Virus record (IMG/VR): IMGVR_UViG_3300037424_000161
Location: 1-51,291 of that record
DNA length: 51,291 bases
Source: a virus
Direction: 5' to 3' (one strand)
The notes below the pieces were generated by a model. That model worked only from the letters and a program-made list of their open reading frames with translations, did not search any database and was not told the origin of the DNA. The translations under genes were made by a program, and so were the position numbers. Positions 16,362-26,700 of the stretch are shown here, piece by piece (the stretch's first letter is position 1; each line of letters opens with the position of its first letter).

Positions 16362-16708
16362 TAACTGACGAAGAACGCAAAAGTATTATTAATGAAGCAG
16401 TGGAGAAGGCCCTCCTATTGTTACCTGAGATTGTCGGCAACTTAATAATGAACCAGGCTAATCATCTAAGACTTAATAAAAAGTTCTATGATCAGTATCC
16501 AGATTTCGCCTCAAAAAAGGATGTAGTTGCTTCAGTGGTTGAGATGATTGAGCGAGAGAGTCCAGGAACTGACTATGCAGAAATACTTAAGAGGGCAGTA
16601 CCCGTTGTCAAGGAACGTATGAGAATGACAAGTGCACTGAATATGACAGATGTATCTAGACCTTCTCGTAATCTCAAGCTCGCTCAAAGTAACAATGGAG
16701 AGCTGTAA
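16358..16708 (+). CDS. Hypothetical protein
   Basis: 116 aa; translationally coupled on both sides. Confidence 0.55.
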   Translation: MITDEERKSIINEAVEKALLLLPEIVGNLIMNQANHLRLNKKFYDQYPDFASKKDVVASVVEMIERESPGTDYAEILKRAVPVVKERMRMTSALNMTDVSRPSRNLKLAQSNNGEL

Positions 16709-17211
16709 TGCCCATCTTACAAAATGGCTCCTTCACATTTGAGATACCCACTGAAGATCTAGCAAAAGGACTACGACCTTCAGTACGTAGTCCTAGGAAT
16801 GCAAAGTTCCTTACACTCTGTGAGGGAATGGTAGGATTGGATAATGTACTACAGGTGCTAGATGACATCGAGACAAATAGAGTCCTTACAGCAGCTATCA
16901 CAGATGGCTTTCCATATCCACAGATCTTTATCTTCACTAATGTAATAATTATCTGTGGTGAGACTACAATCTACGAACTAATTGCTGGTACAATAACATT
17001 GATGCTCGATGTAGGTGCTGGAAATGCCGGGATTGAGTGGTCTGCTGTAGACTTCTTCGATTACGTCTATATGAGTAATGGAAAAGTAGCAGTGCAGCGA
17101 CAAGCGAGTGATCAAGTCTGGGAAATAACCACAGATGTACCTATCGCAAGTGCAATCTGTAACTTCAATGGACAAGTATTAATCGGCGCTCCTGGTGTAG
17201 TGAGACCTTAA
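16708..17211 (+). CDS. Hypothetical structural protein
   Basis: 167 aa; TAATG overlaps at both ends. Confidence 0.55.
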   Translation: MPILQNGSFTFEIPTEDLAKGLRPSVRSPRNAKFLTLCEGMVGLDNVLQVLDDIETNRVLTAAITDGFPYPQIFIFTNVIIICGETTIYELIAGTITLMLDVGAGNAGIEWSAVDFFDYVYMSNGKVAVQRQASDQVWEITTDVPIASAICNFNGQVLIGAPGVVRP

Positions 17212-19388
17212 TGTCTACAACGACTCCTCCTATTACCATTCCTCCGTTCGCTACAACCTTAGCACCTACAACTGAACCTCCTACTTATGCTCCAGTAACA
17301 GACGCGCCTGAAGTACCAATAGTTCCTTCACCCGAACCTTGGGCACAGGATCGTAGACTTGGCCCTTGGTCATTCATATCTCAACGTAATAAGTGGGGCT
17401 ATCTCAATAATCCCAGATGGCAACCTATCCCTAGACCTTTCGTTCACGGTGGACCAGATGACTATACTGGACGAGAGAGTGAAGAACCACAGATCTACAA
17501 ACCTAATGAGCCAAAGTATCCTTCTGGCACAGTGAAGATCCATCATCAGTGTGGACACTGGCATAAACCTGAGGCATCAGGAACTGCACCTCCCTTAGAG
17601 AACTTTTTAATATCTGTACCTCTCGAAATGATGTTTACTAAATATTTCGAGAATGAGTCAAATACTACATGGATAACTACTGAAACAAGAATAGATCCGG
17701 CTGATTACTCTGGTATTATAGATGCCTGGTTTGAAGTAATGGTTGATAGTGGTCAGACAGAAGCCGGTCATGAGTTTAAATTAGTTGATGAAACTGGTTA
17801 TGTATATGCCACAATAGATTGTACCACCGCTCATAATGGCCTTGGTAGAATAAGGGAACATTTTACATTAAGTGCAGTTGCTAGAAATTATTATGTGAGA
17901 ATGGAATATACTGGTCCAAACTGGTGTGCTTCATCCACTAGTAGAGCTATGATAGTCTTGGATATAGTAAACCCTACCATAACTCGTATTCAGATACCTT
18001 TACTAGACTCAAATCAATCTGCTCCTGGATGTGCAGCTACAGGTGAAGAGCAGCATGATTGGCCCATCTTTGTATATGCTTACTGTGGGAGATATAGAAG
18101 AGATGAATATGGCTATGACGATGGAGATACTACCGGTACATCAGGTAATAATCCAAGACAGTTTGTACTATTCAAAAAAGACGAATTAAAGTGGGATACT
18201 ATAGACCATTGGGACCTTGAAGTAATTGGAGGTCTATGGAACTTAGCTGAGGGTAGAGTAGCTCTATTTAATAAAACAACTAATCAAATGGTAGCTGGCT
18301 CGGAGCTAATCTGGCAAGACGGAGATAGTCCATTTCCTGCTGAATTAATAGCTTATTGGGGACCTATAGTTGGCTGTCATCCTTTACGTAAGACTATCAG
18401 AATTGAAAATAATGCTGTTAATTTTACTAATGGAGATGAGTTTGAACTTCGTCTTAGAGCTGTCGGTGGTGTAGACAACTGGGATGAAGTTGTATTAGTT
18501 TATTCAGCTTGTCTATATGCAACAGTTACTCCAGTTACTAAATGTGAAGTTTATTGGAGAATAAGCACAGCCACAGTTGGGACTTATTTTATATGGAATT
18601 ATGATAACTTAGTACGTTCTTTATATGACCCAACAAAGTTCTCACCAGGTGGTACTCTGCATTTTGAGATGACTGCCGCATGTGAAGGTCTATTATCCAA
18701 AATATACATAACAGATTTGGATGAAGAAGATTTTGGATCTCCTGAGGAACAACTATTAAGTCATAGTGCTGAAATTATAAGTGGGGCATGGCAACCCAGT
18801 CCACTAAACTCAGGTCCATTAGGTGATGATATACTAATGAATACTGAAGGTGGTCCACTATTAGATTCATCTGCGTCAATAGTCTTGGCTGTCCCTAGTG
18901 GTGGATATATCTTTGTTAGAGCTGGTGCATTTGACCTAACACCTATAGTTGGAAAGACCGTATATCAGCTAAGACTATATGCTGCAGTAGTAAATGCCAC
19001 TCAAGATACTTATTGGTATCTTGGTGGAGGGTTAGTATTTAGTGAAGCTACTACTGTAACAGGTCCACCAACTGTTTATCAGGTTAGGGGAATTCTACGT
19101 AGTATATCTGGAACTACCGTACCAACTACTGTCTTAGTTGGATTTAATAAGACTGATAGTAACCCTGTTGTATATGCTGTAAATCAAGTATCTGTATTTG
19201 CTGGACTAGCCCAAGATATAGCGGCTACTGAACTAATTCCAACAATGATCAGGACTAGACTACGTACTGGTGATATTCTTGGAGCAATAGATCCAAATCA
19301 TAGAATTATTACACACTATGATGTACCAAATACTAGTAATGACATAGGTCATGCTATGGGATTTCTAATTCGTCAAGTTAGTTTATAG
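17211..19388 (+). CDS. Large tail protein (tail tubular B/nozzle or fibre-like) with N-terminal PTT tag
   Basis: 725 aa beginning MSTTTPPITIPPFATTLAPTTEPPTYAPVTDAPEVPIVPSPEP (nt 17211-17339). The call rests on size and position. Confidence 0.6.
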   Translation: MSTTTPPITIPPFATTLAPTTEPPTYAPVTDAPEVPIVPSPEPWAQDRRLGPWSFISQRNKWGYLNNPRWQPIPRPFVHGGPDDYTGRESEEPQIYKPNEPKYPSGTVKIHHQCGHWHKPEASGTAPPLENFLISVPLEMMFTKYFENESNTTWITTETRIDPADYSGIIDAWFEVMVDSGQTEAGHEFKLVDETGYVYATIDCTTAHNGLGRIREHFTLSAVARNYYVRMEYTGPNWCASSTSRAMIVLDIVNPTITRIQIPLLDSNQSAPGCAATGEEQHDWPIFVYAYCGRYRRDEYGYDDGDTTGTSGNNPRQFVLFKKDELKWDTIDHWDLEVIGGLWNLAEGRVALFNKTTNQMVAGSELIWQDGDSPFPAELIAYWGPIVGCHPLRKTIRIENNAVNFTNGDEFELRLRAVGGVDNWDEVVLVYSACLYATVTPVTKCEVYWRISTATVGTYFIWNYDNLVRSLYDPTKFSPGGTLHFEMTAACEGLLSKIYITDLDEEDFGSPEEQLLSHSAEIISGAWQPSPLNSGPLGDDILMNTEGGPLLDSSASIVLAVPSGGYIFVRAGAFDLTPIVGKTVYQLRLYAAVVNATQDTYWYLGGGLVFSEATTVTGPPTVYQVRGILRSISGTTVPTTVLVGFNKTDSNPVVYAVNQVSVFAGLAQDIAATELIPTMIRTRLRTGDILGAIDPNHRIITHYDVPNTSNDIGHAMGFLIRQVSL

Positions 19389-19397
19389 GAGACCCAG

Positions 19398-19823
19398 ATG
19401 TCTAACAAAGCCTCAAATCACATTAAGTATCTGGTAATGACTGGAGTAATCAACTTTCTCACAGATCAATTCAAAGCGATTTTGATGGATACAGGATTTG
19501 CTTATAACCCTGATACTCATTCTCAATATGCAGATATTTCAGCACAGGAACTAGCCGCCGGTAATGGATACCTTCAGAAAGCGAAAGTTCTTGCTGGAGT
19601 GGCTGTACTGGAAGATGATATTAATAATAGATGTTCGGTTACTTGGACTAATCCCTCATGGGTAGCAGCGGGTGGTCCTATTGGTCCCTCACCAGGTATG
19701 ATAATTATAGATGAGACTGTAGCAAATGATCCTATTGTGGGCTATGTTGATTTCCTTAGTGAGTATACACAGGTGGATGGTGGGACCTTTACAGTGGCTA
19801 ATCCTGAAGTAAGAGCTCTATAG
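19398..19823 (+). CDS. Hypothetical structural protein
   Basis: 141 aa; AGGAG upstream. Confidence 0.55.
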   Translation: MSNKASNHIKYLVMTGVINFLTDQFKAILMDTGFAYNPDTHSQYADISAQELAAGNGYLQKAKVLAGVAVLEDDINNRCSVTWTNPSWVAAGGPIGPSPGMIIIDETVANDPIVGYVDFLSEYTQVDGGTFTVANPEVRAL

Positions 19824-19834
19824 TGGAGGAGTAA

Positions 19835-21151
19835 ATGTCTACTCCGGCGCCAACGACATTAGCACCTACTACACCACTGTCACCTACAACTCCAGTACCT
19901 ACTACCTTAGTCGCTCCAACCACGGCTACTACGACAGGTGTGCCAACTACTGAAGCACCTACAACTACACTTACAACATTAGCTCCCACGACAGCAGCCC
20001 CAACGACAGTAGGTCCAACTACACTAGCACCTACGACTATAGTACCAGGTACTACACTAACAACAGTTGCTCCCGCTACAGCTGTGCCAGGTACTTCTGC
20101 ACCTTCACAGATTGAGTATCCGGCTAATTTAATTCTCTACCCAGGTCCAATAGAGATTACCTTATCACTACATGGAGAGATACTTAACAAAACAGTATTT
20201 GTCCAGCCTCTGATAATAACTCTCAGTCTACTCGGATCATATGCTAAGGATGTGTATATAGATGGTGGTCCCATAGAGATCACTATTACACTCCATAGTT
20301 ATGGTACACTAACGGCTGGTGCTAACAAGTGTAACTGGATTCAGTGGTCTAAGGTTGGTTACCTAGACTTTACCATAGATGAATCGAACGTAGCTGGGGA
20401 ACGACCACTTGACTGGAAGGGATGTGTTAGTGAAATACTCAAACTTGTTGATCGAGTGATTGTCTATGGTGAGAATGGTGTGAGTATGATGTCTCCAGCA
20501 GGTGTCAACTGGGGAATGCAAACTCTGCATAGACTGGGGGTTGTATGTAAGCCAGTTGGTACAGATACTGAACACTTCTTCATTGATAAGACTAACAAAC
20601 TATATAGGTTAGCAGGAGATGGACTTAAGCTACTTGATTACTCTGAGTTCCTCTCAACACTAACAAATCCTAGAATGTTACTTGATACAGAAACAGGTAT
20701 CATCTACATCTGTGATGGAGAACTTGGATTTGTCTATAGCACAAAGAGTGGAAGCTTCGGTTCAGGCCCAGTTAATGTAACTGGTGTTGGTACACAGAGT
20801 GGAACACTCTATGTTGTAGCATCTGATATAATCGAAGTACCTAAACTGCATATTTGCACAGATATCTATGACCTAGGTACTCGTAAGCCTAAGACAATTC
20901 AGTGGATTGAAGTAGGTACAGATCTATCTAATGGTCTGCAAGCAATGGTAGAGTCAAGAGTTAGTAACAAACAAGGATTTATGGAATCTAGGTGGATCTT
21001 AGTTAATCCAAGTGGGATGGCATTCATCCCTTGTTATGGGCGAGAGTTTAAGTTTCACCTTCGATCATTCATCTATGAATATCTCGAACTAGATTACCTT
21101 AGGGTGACTGGAACAGTACACGGAACTAACTATCTCGATCAGGTGGGATAA
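19835..21151 (+). CDS. Tail fibre/spike-like protein with 91-aa N-terminal PTT region
   Basis: GGAGG upstream. N-terminus MSTPAPTTLAPTTPLSPTTPVPTT... (nt 19835-20107), followed by repeats GPIEITLSLHG / PLIITLSLLG / GPIEITITLHS. Confidence 0.6.
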   Translation: MSTPAPTTLAPTTPLSPTTPVPTTLVAPTTATTTGVPTTEAPTTTLTTLAPTTAAPTTVGPTTLAPTTIVPGTTLTTVAPATAVPGTSAPSQIEYPANLILYPGPIEITLSLHGEILNKTVFVQPLIITLSLLGSYAKDVYIDGGPIEITITLHSYGTLTAGANKCNWIQWSKVGYLDFTIDESNVAGERPLDWKGCVSEILKLVDRVIVYGENGVSMMSPAGVNWGMQTLHRLGVVCKPVGTDTEHFFIDKTNKLYRLAGDGLKLLDYSEFLSTLTNPRMLLDTETGIIYICDGELGFVYSTKSGSFGSGPVNVTGVGTQSGTLYVVASDIIEVPKLHICTDIYDLGTRKPKTIQWIEVGTDLSNGLQAMVESRVSNKQGFMESRWILVNPSGMAFIPCYGREFKFHLRSFIYEYLELDYLRVTGTVHGTNYLDQVG

Positions 21152-21588
21152 TGTCTATAATGTTGAGAGTTGATCAGATCCCTGCTACATGGAACGCTAT
21201 CAAGTACGCTGCGGCTTCAGCTAATATGAATAAGATTAGTAATGAAGAGCTGCCAGTCTACCTTAACAAATTACTAGCATCATTACTTAACGAAACCTCT
21301 CAATGTTTCATTAGGTTAGATGAGGAGAATCAGCTCTCAGCCATTGCTCTCACTCGGATTAATCAAGATGCAACGAGTGGTGAAAGGTCGCTCTTCATTA
21401 TCTGTCTTTACTCATTTAAGTTTGTCGAAGAAGGACAATGGAAGACTGATATGGAAGATCTTAAGTCATTCGCTAGAAAGAGTAACTGCAAGCGAATAAC
21501 TTTCTATTCTAACAATGAGCGAATCTACGAGATGGCTAACACGCTAGGATTTACAGAATATTACCGTTGCTTCACAATGGATTCATAG
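21151..21588 (+). CDS. Hypothetical protein
   Basis: 145 aa; TAATG overlap with the upstream gene. Confidence 0.5.
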   Translation: MSIMLRVDQIPATWNAIKYAAASANMNKISNEELPVYLNKLLASLLNETSQCFIRLDEENQLSAIALTRINQDATSGERSLFIICLYSFKFVEEGQWKTDMEDLKSFARKSNCKRITFYSNNERIYEMANTLGFTEYYRCFTMDS

Positions 21589-21597
21589 GGGACCACT

Positions 21598-22485
21598 ATG
21601 GGTGGAGATAAAGATACACAGACTCAGATCATTCGCTATGCACCTTATTTAGAGCAACACCATCAGGAGATATTGGATATAGTAAGGTCAAATAGGACTA
21701 GACTCCTGGTAAACTCTACAGGTTTCGGCCCACCTGATAGCTCTCCATATAAAGATTATGTAGACTTTAGTATTGAAGATGCATTCTTCGGTGCTGGATA
21801 TGCACTAGGATCATTCCCTTCCCTCTACGATATGTATGGGAAGTTCATGGCGGGTCTAGATATTGAAGTACTATTCGATCAGACGTTTGAAGATACTATC
21901 AATGGAACAGTAGTTGACAATGCTATCTCAGCTGAGGCTGATAGATTGGAAGATGATCTAGTTCAGAACGCTATACCAAGACTTGAGACTGGATTAAGAG
22001 ACATTAATTCAGTAATGAGTTCCTCCTTCGTTGTCGGTAGGGCTATGATGGAGACAGCTAGGACGAAAGCTATCTCTCGATTCAGTGCTGAGCTTAAAGC
22101 TAGGTTAATTCCAGTAGCTGCTGATAGATGGGCTCGTCACCTTGAGTGGAATAGATCTGTTGTAGAGATGTATGCACAGGTACTTAAGTTCTATTTCTTG
22201 TCAAAGATAGATGTAGACAACCATAACTTTGAGATAGCTGCTAAGAATGCTCTCTGGCCATTTACTATCCTTCAGTATGAGATATCAGCGCTAGGTGTGC
22301 TTAATGGTGCGAAAGATATAACGAGTGATGTAGCTGGTGCATCGAAAGCATCTAAAATATTAGGTGGAGCTATGATGGGAGCAAGCGCAGGTGCCATGAC
22401 TGGAGCTGCTATAGGCTCCGGTGGAGGGCCCATCGGTGCAGCTATTGGTGCAGGTGTGGGCGCATTAGTTGGTTGGTTATCATAG
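21598..22485 (+). CDS. Internal virion/ejection-like protein with glycine-zipper C-terminus
   Basis: 295 aa ending GGAMMGASAGAMTGAAIGSGGGPIGAAIGAGVGALVGWLS, a hydrophobic Gly/Ala zipper. Confidence 0.5.
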   Translation: MGGDKDTQTQIIRYAPYLEQHHQEILDIVRSNRTRLLVNSTGFGPPDSSPYKDYVDFSIEDAFFGAGYALGSFPSLYDMYGKFMAGLDIEVLFDQTFEDTINGTVVDNAISAEADRLEDDLVQNAIPRLETGLRDINSVMSSSFVVGRAMMETARTKAISRFSAELKARLIPVAADRWARHLEWNRSVVEMYAQVLKFYFLSKIDVDNHNFEIAAKNALWPFTILQYEISALGVLNGAKDITSDVAGASKASKILGGAMMGASAGAMTGAAIGSGGGPIGAAIGAGVGALVGWLS

Positions 22486-22508
22486 TTCGTATAAAATTTA
22501 AATGAACT
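22484..22508. repeat. 25-bp palindromic motif, copy 8
   Basis: agttcgtataaaatttaaatgaact; overlaps the stop of 21598..22485; GGAGG and ATG 22522 follow. Confidence 0.9.
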
Positions 22509-22521
22509 TAACGGAGGTATT

Positions 22522-23709
22522 ATGCCACAGACTTACGGTGTAGCCCCTGGAACTGGAGGACTTGAGGTTCCTATGGGAGGCGGTGGTAACTTTCTCACTA
22601 ACTTATTTCAAAACAAGATGTTCTTACAATTCCTCGCAGCTGCAGGGCAGGACATCTCTGGAGGAGGAAAGAATTTAGGTGGAGCTATTAACCAAAATAT
22701 CTCCTCACAGAATTACATGAAGTTGTTGAGTCAGATGTTGGGTGGGGATATTCCTGAAGGAGGAGTTATCAAGATGGGTCCTGAGGGAATGGATATTAAG
22801 GTACCGAAGATGGGTACTTTAAGTGGGCAGCCCTCTCAAGGTACATCAGTAGGTAACGCAAACCCTTTCGTTTCTAGCCAGTCAGGTTTCTCAGCGTCTG
22901 ACCTCGCTGGCGTAAATCCTGAGATGATCAGTCAGGCGCTGCAGCTTAAACAGAATCAGCAGTCACTGGAACAGAGACGAGTCAGTGATGTAATGGATGC
23001 TATGTATAAAGGTGGAATGCTCAGTGTGGCTGAACGTGGAGTAGCTGTAGATGAAGCCGGAATTCCGATAAGAGAGACGGCTGCTGAAACAGATAGACTT
23101 AACGCTGTTAGACAGATGCTAAGTGAATTTAGAGATGCTCCTATTGAAGTTCCTGGACTTGGTAAGGTTGACCTCAAGACGTGGGACGCTTTGGATACTA
23201 AGACTAAGGCATACTCATTCTATGTGTTTGACACCAAAGTAAACAAAGGTGCTCCGCTCACATATACAGCTTGGGAGAAGCAGACTGATCCACTAGCTAT
23301 CGAACGATACTATGAGAGATCCAAAACTGATCCGGCCTTCAAGAAATTCTTGTTTGAATATGCTAAGGCTGGATCTACTAACATTAACCTTAGTCCGGCA
23401 GAGAGGGCACTTGGAACTGCATCTGTCGAACCAAGAGTTCAGTTGAAAGATCCTGCGTTGATCTCTAGATTGATAGGTGATAAGTTAGACTCTCTCGAAT
23501 ACAAGATGTTAGCAGCTAGTGATCCTGAAAAAGCTGGACAATACAGAATGTCTGTCTCTAGAGATCTCATCGAGAGCATGATCACTACAGGTGGTGGTAG
23601 GATAGATCCAGATACTAAACCCTATCTTGATAAAGATGGCAAGACAGGTGTGTGGACAGTCATATGGCCAGATGGAACTAAGGAGACTATTCGTCATGCC
23701 CTTAAGTGA
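22522..23709 (+). CDS. Internal virion protein-like (by position)
   Basis: 395 aa with a Gly/Gln/Ser-rich N-terminal half. Precedes the giant gene. Confidence 0.5.
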   Translation: MPQTYGVAPGTGGLEVPMGGGGNFLTNLFQNKMFLQFLAAAGQDISGGGKNLGGAINQNISSQNYMKLLSQMLGGDIPEGGVIKMGPEGMDIKVPKMGTLSGQPSQGTSVGNANPFVSSQSGFSASDLAGVNPEMISQALQLKQNQQSLEQRRVSDVMDAMYKGGMLSVAERGVAVDEAGIPIRETAAETDRLNAVRQMLSEFRDAPIEVPGLGKVDLKTWDALDTKTKAYSFYVFDTKVNKGAPLTYTAWEKQTDPLAIERYYERSKTDPAFKKFLFEYAKAGSTNINLSPAERALGTASVEPRVQLKDPALISRLIGDKLDSLEYKMLAASDPEKAGQYRMSVSRDLIESMITTGGGRIDPDTKPYLDKDGKTGVWTVIWPDGTKETIRHALK

Positions 23710-26700
23710 TCAAGATACGTTAATTCTTCCATTTGAGCAGGGTGGTAAGGCTAAGGAAAAAGGACAGGCGTCAAGCTCATTGATTCTTCCTTTCGAGCGA
23801 TCTGAACCCACACCTATTGTTCCCTCTCAGCCTTCAGTTAGACCTAACCTTCCTTATGGTCAGGCTACTAGTATATCAGCAGGTAAACCTTATGAGCCAA
23901 GCTTAGCTCAGAATGTAGTAGGTGGAATTGCTAAGTTGTTAGGTGTACCTTATGATCCAGCATTGGGATTAGATCCTGAGCGAGCGAAAGCTGACGCACT
24001 CGTTCAGAGGAAGGCTAACGAGAAAGGAGTTCCTCTTTATCAATATAGAAATTCACCTGAGATGTTAGAACAGTTTGTAGGTGAATTCGGTAACATGATG
24101 ACGTTAGGTGCTGCACCTACGTTACGTAAAGCTATATTGGGAACGGAGGAGGTTAAGCCTTCAGGTTCGGCAGGAATTATAGGTGCTCAGCTTGGATCTC
24201 TTGCCGGACTAATTACAGGCCCTGGTAAGTGGGCAGGGATGGCCTTAGGCGGAGCTATTAGATTCCTTCCTGGTGCTACACAGGAAATGCAACTCTCACA
24301 TAGGATCATTGTCGAAGCTCTACGTGATTCAGCTACACTCGGCACAGCTATGGGTGCCAGCGCTCTCGGTGACGCAGCATCACAGGTAACTTTTAGTGAT
24401 GCGGCTGGAGTCATCTGGGACAGGATGAAGAGTGGTGCAATGACTGGAGCATTGTTCGGTGTAGCGAAAGGAATGTTTCCTAAGGAAGGATGGGAGAAAG
24501 GAGCTAGGTTACTTAGCGGATTAGTAATGCTTAATGTGCAGAGGAAGATTGAAGGAGGGTGGGAGAAGAATCCTTTCGCTGATAGACCGGTTGGTGAGGT
24601 ACTATTTGATATAGGTTTGGATGCATTCTTCTTATGGAAAGGGCTGCCAAAGAATCAGTTTGACTCGCTTGTGAAAGATGTGAGTGATAATGTAGACAGA
24701 GTGGTAGCTACTAATCAGAAGATAGAGGGTCTTAAGGATGTACCTGAAGGTGAGCTGAAGAAGGCAAAAGAGAAAAAGTTAGCTATCGAACAGAAGCAGA
24801 ATCAACTGGAAGTTGAACAGGCTGCGAAGAAGGCAGCTGCAGCAGCTGAAGCGGCAGAGAAAGCTAAGGTTAAGGCTGAGGAAGCAGCTAAGGCAAAGGT
24901 TAAGAAAGCACCGGAGACAGAAGAAGAACGTAAAGTTAGGATGGCCAAGGTTAGGGCTGCTGGGAAAGTGAAGGTACCTACTGAGGAAGCTAAACCTATT
25001 GAACCAGTGGTCACACCAGTTGAGCAACCTAAGCCCGAGTTACTTCAGACTGAAATACCTAAGGTAATGGAACAAGCTGAAGTGCCAGCTGCTGAACCTC
25101 CAGTTAAGAAACTAACTAAACCTCAACAAGCTAGAGTTGATAAAGTTAAGTTGCTATCAGCTGAGGGTAAAGATCCAGGACAGATTGCCTTTAAGATGAA
25201 TATGAAGGAGGCAGAGGTTAGATCCATACTGGGAATGGAACCTCCTAAGTTAATATTACCTGGAGAGAAAGTTGAACCTGTTAAACCAAGTGAGAAGATA
25301 GACTATTTAAGTGAAGGACCTAAAGCTAAGGTTGAACCAAAAGTTCGTTCAAAAATCGAACAAACTCCTCCAACTCCATCTGAACCATCGACAGGTCTAG
25401 TCGTAACTCCTTCTGATATGAAAGCGCTCGAAGCAAAGTTTGGTCCCAACTGGGATGAATTGAGTGATAAGGAGATAGGGGATTTCTTAGCGACTAAACC
25501 TACTGAAGTTAAACCAGCTGTTGAAGTACCTCTTGTTGAAGAACGCTCCGATATTGAAAAGTACTACAACAAAGACATAGAGAAGATCACTCAATCAGAG
25601 TTCGATAAATACTTCGATCTAATGGAAGCTGGTGAAGTAGGTGTTAAGACTGAACCAATAACTAATGTTGATCTACAAACCGGAACTCCGGAGCCGGCAG
25701 AATTAGTTGGTGATGACTCCATCTATAGTGCTGATAAGGCAGCTACAGACGCTCGAACTAAACTATATCAGAATAATAAAGCAGTAGCGAATAACATAAG
25801 TGAGTTACTATCTCGTAATCCAGTGCTGCCTAAAGACCCAGGCGCTACAGCTTGGAAACTCTTCAATGATGTAAACAGATGGTTACATGGAGAAGAGGTT
25901 GATATAGCTGGAACGAGAGGATTCTTGAGTGAGTTGGCAGCGAGAGCTGATGAATTTAAGGATCAATTCATAGGTGAAGATTATCCTCAGTCATTCTATG
26001 ACTGGAAGGAGATGATTAGTGATGGAGCGAACTGGGCGAGAAAAGTAGATCGTACAAAAATTGAACGAACTGGGCAGACACTCTATTCCGGTGTAGATCC
26101 TTTTAAACTCTACGAAGGTCTCCAGAATTGGTTTTCTCAGCTTAGGAAAGATGCAGAGAGGAAATTACCTAATAAGGCAACAGGTGAGCAGATATCTAAT
26201 ACGTTGAGAAAGGGAGTGACACAGGATGAGTGGAATAGAAGTGGATTGAGTAAGTTGTTAGTGGCTGGGCAGAAGTATACGAAAGAGGAAGTGATAGGGA
26301 CTATTGATAAGAATCTGCCGGTGTTGAAGGATGTGGTGCTTGATAAGGAAGCTAATATAAATGAAGTTGAACATTTCAGAGCTAAAGCTAGAGAGATAAA
26401 AGAGGTACTTGATCAGGATCCTACTAACGTAGAGTTACGGCAGCAATGGAAAGATGCTATTGGTAGGATAGATGTAGCCCTTATAGAGAGAGATAGAATG
26501 GGCCCTAAATTCTCTTCCTACGTCGAGCCTGGAGGGAGTAATTATAAAGAGTTGTTTGTGACGGCTCCGTTAGATAGAAGTAGATACATAGAGTTTGAGA
26601 AGGCTCATCCTCAGCCGGAATACTATTCTAGTGAACTGTACTATGATAATCTGAAGAACTCCTGGATTAAAGATAATACTTGGCAAGACGGTCACCCTGA

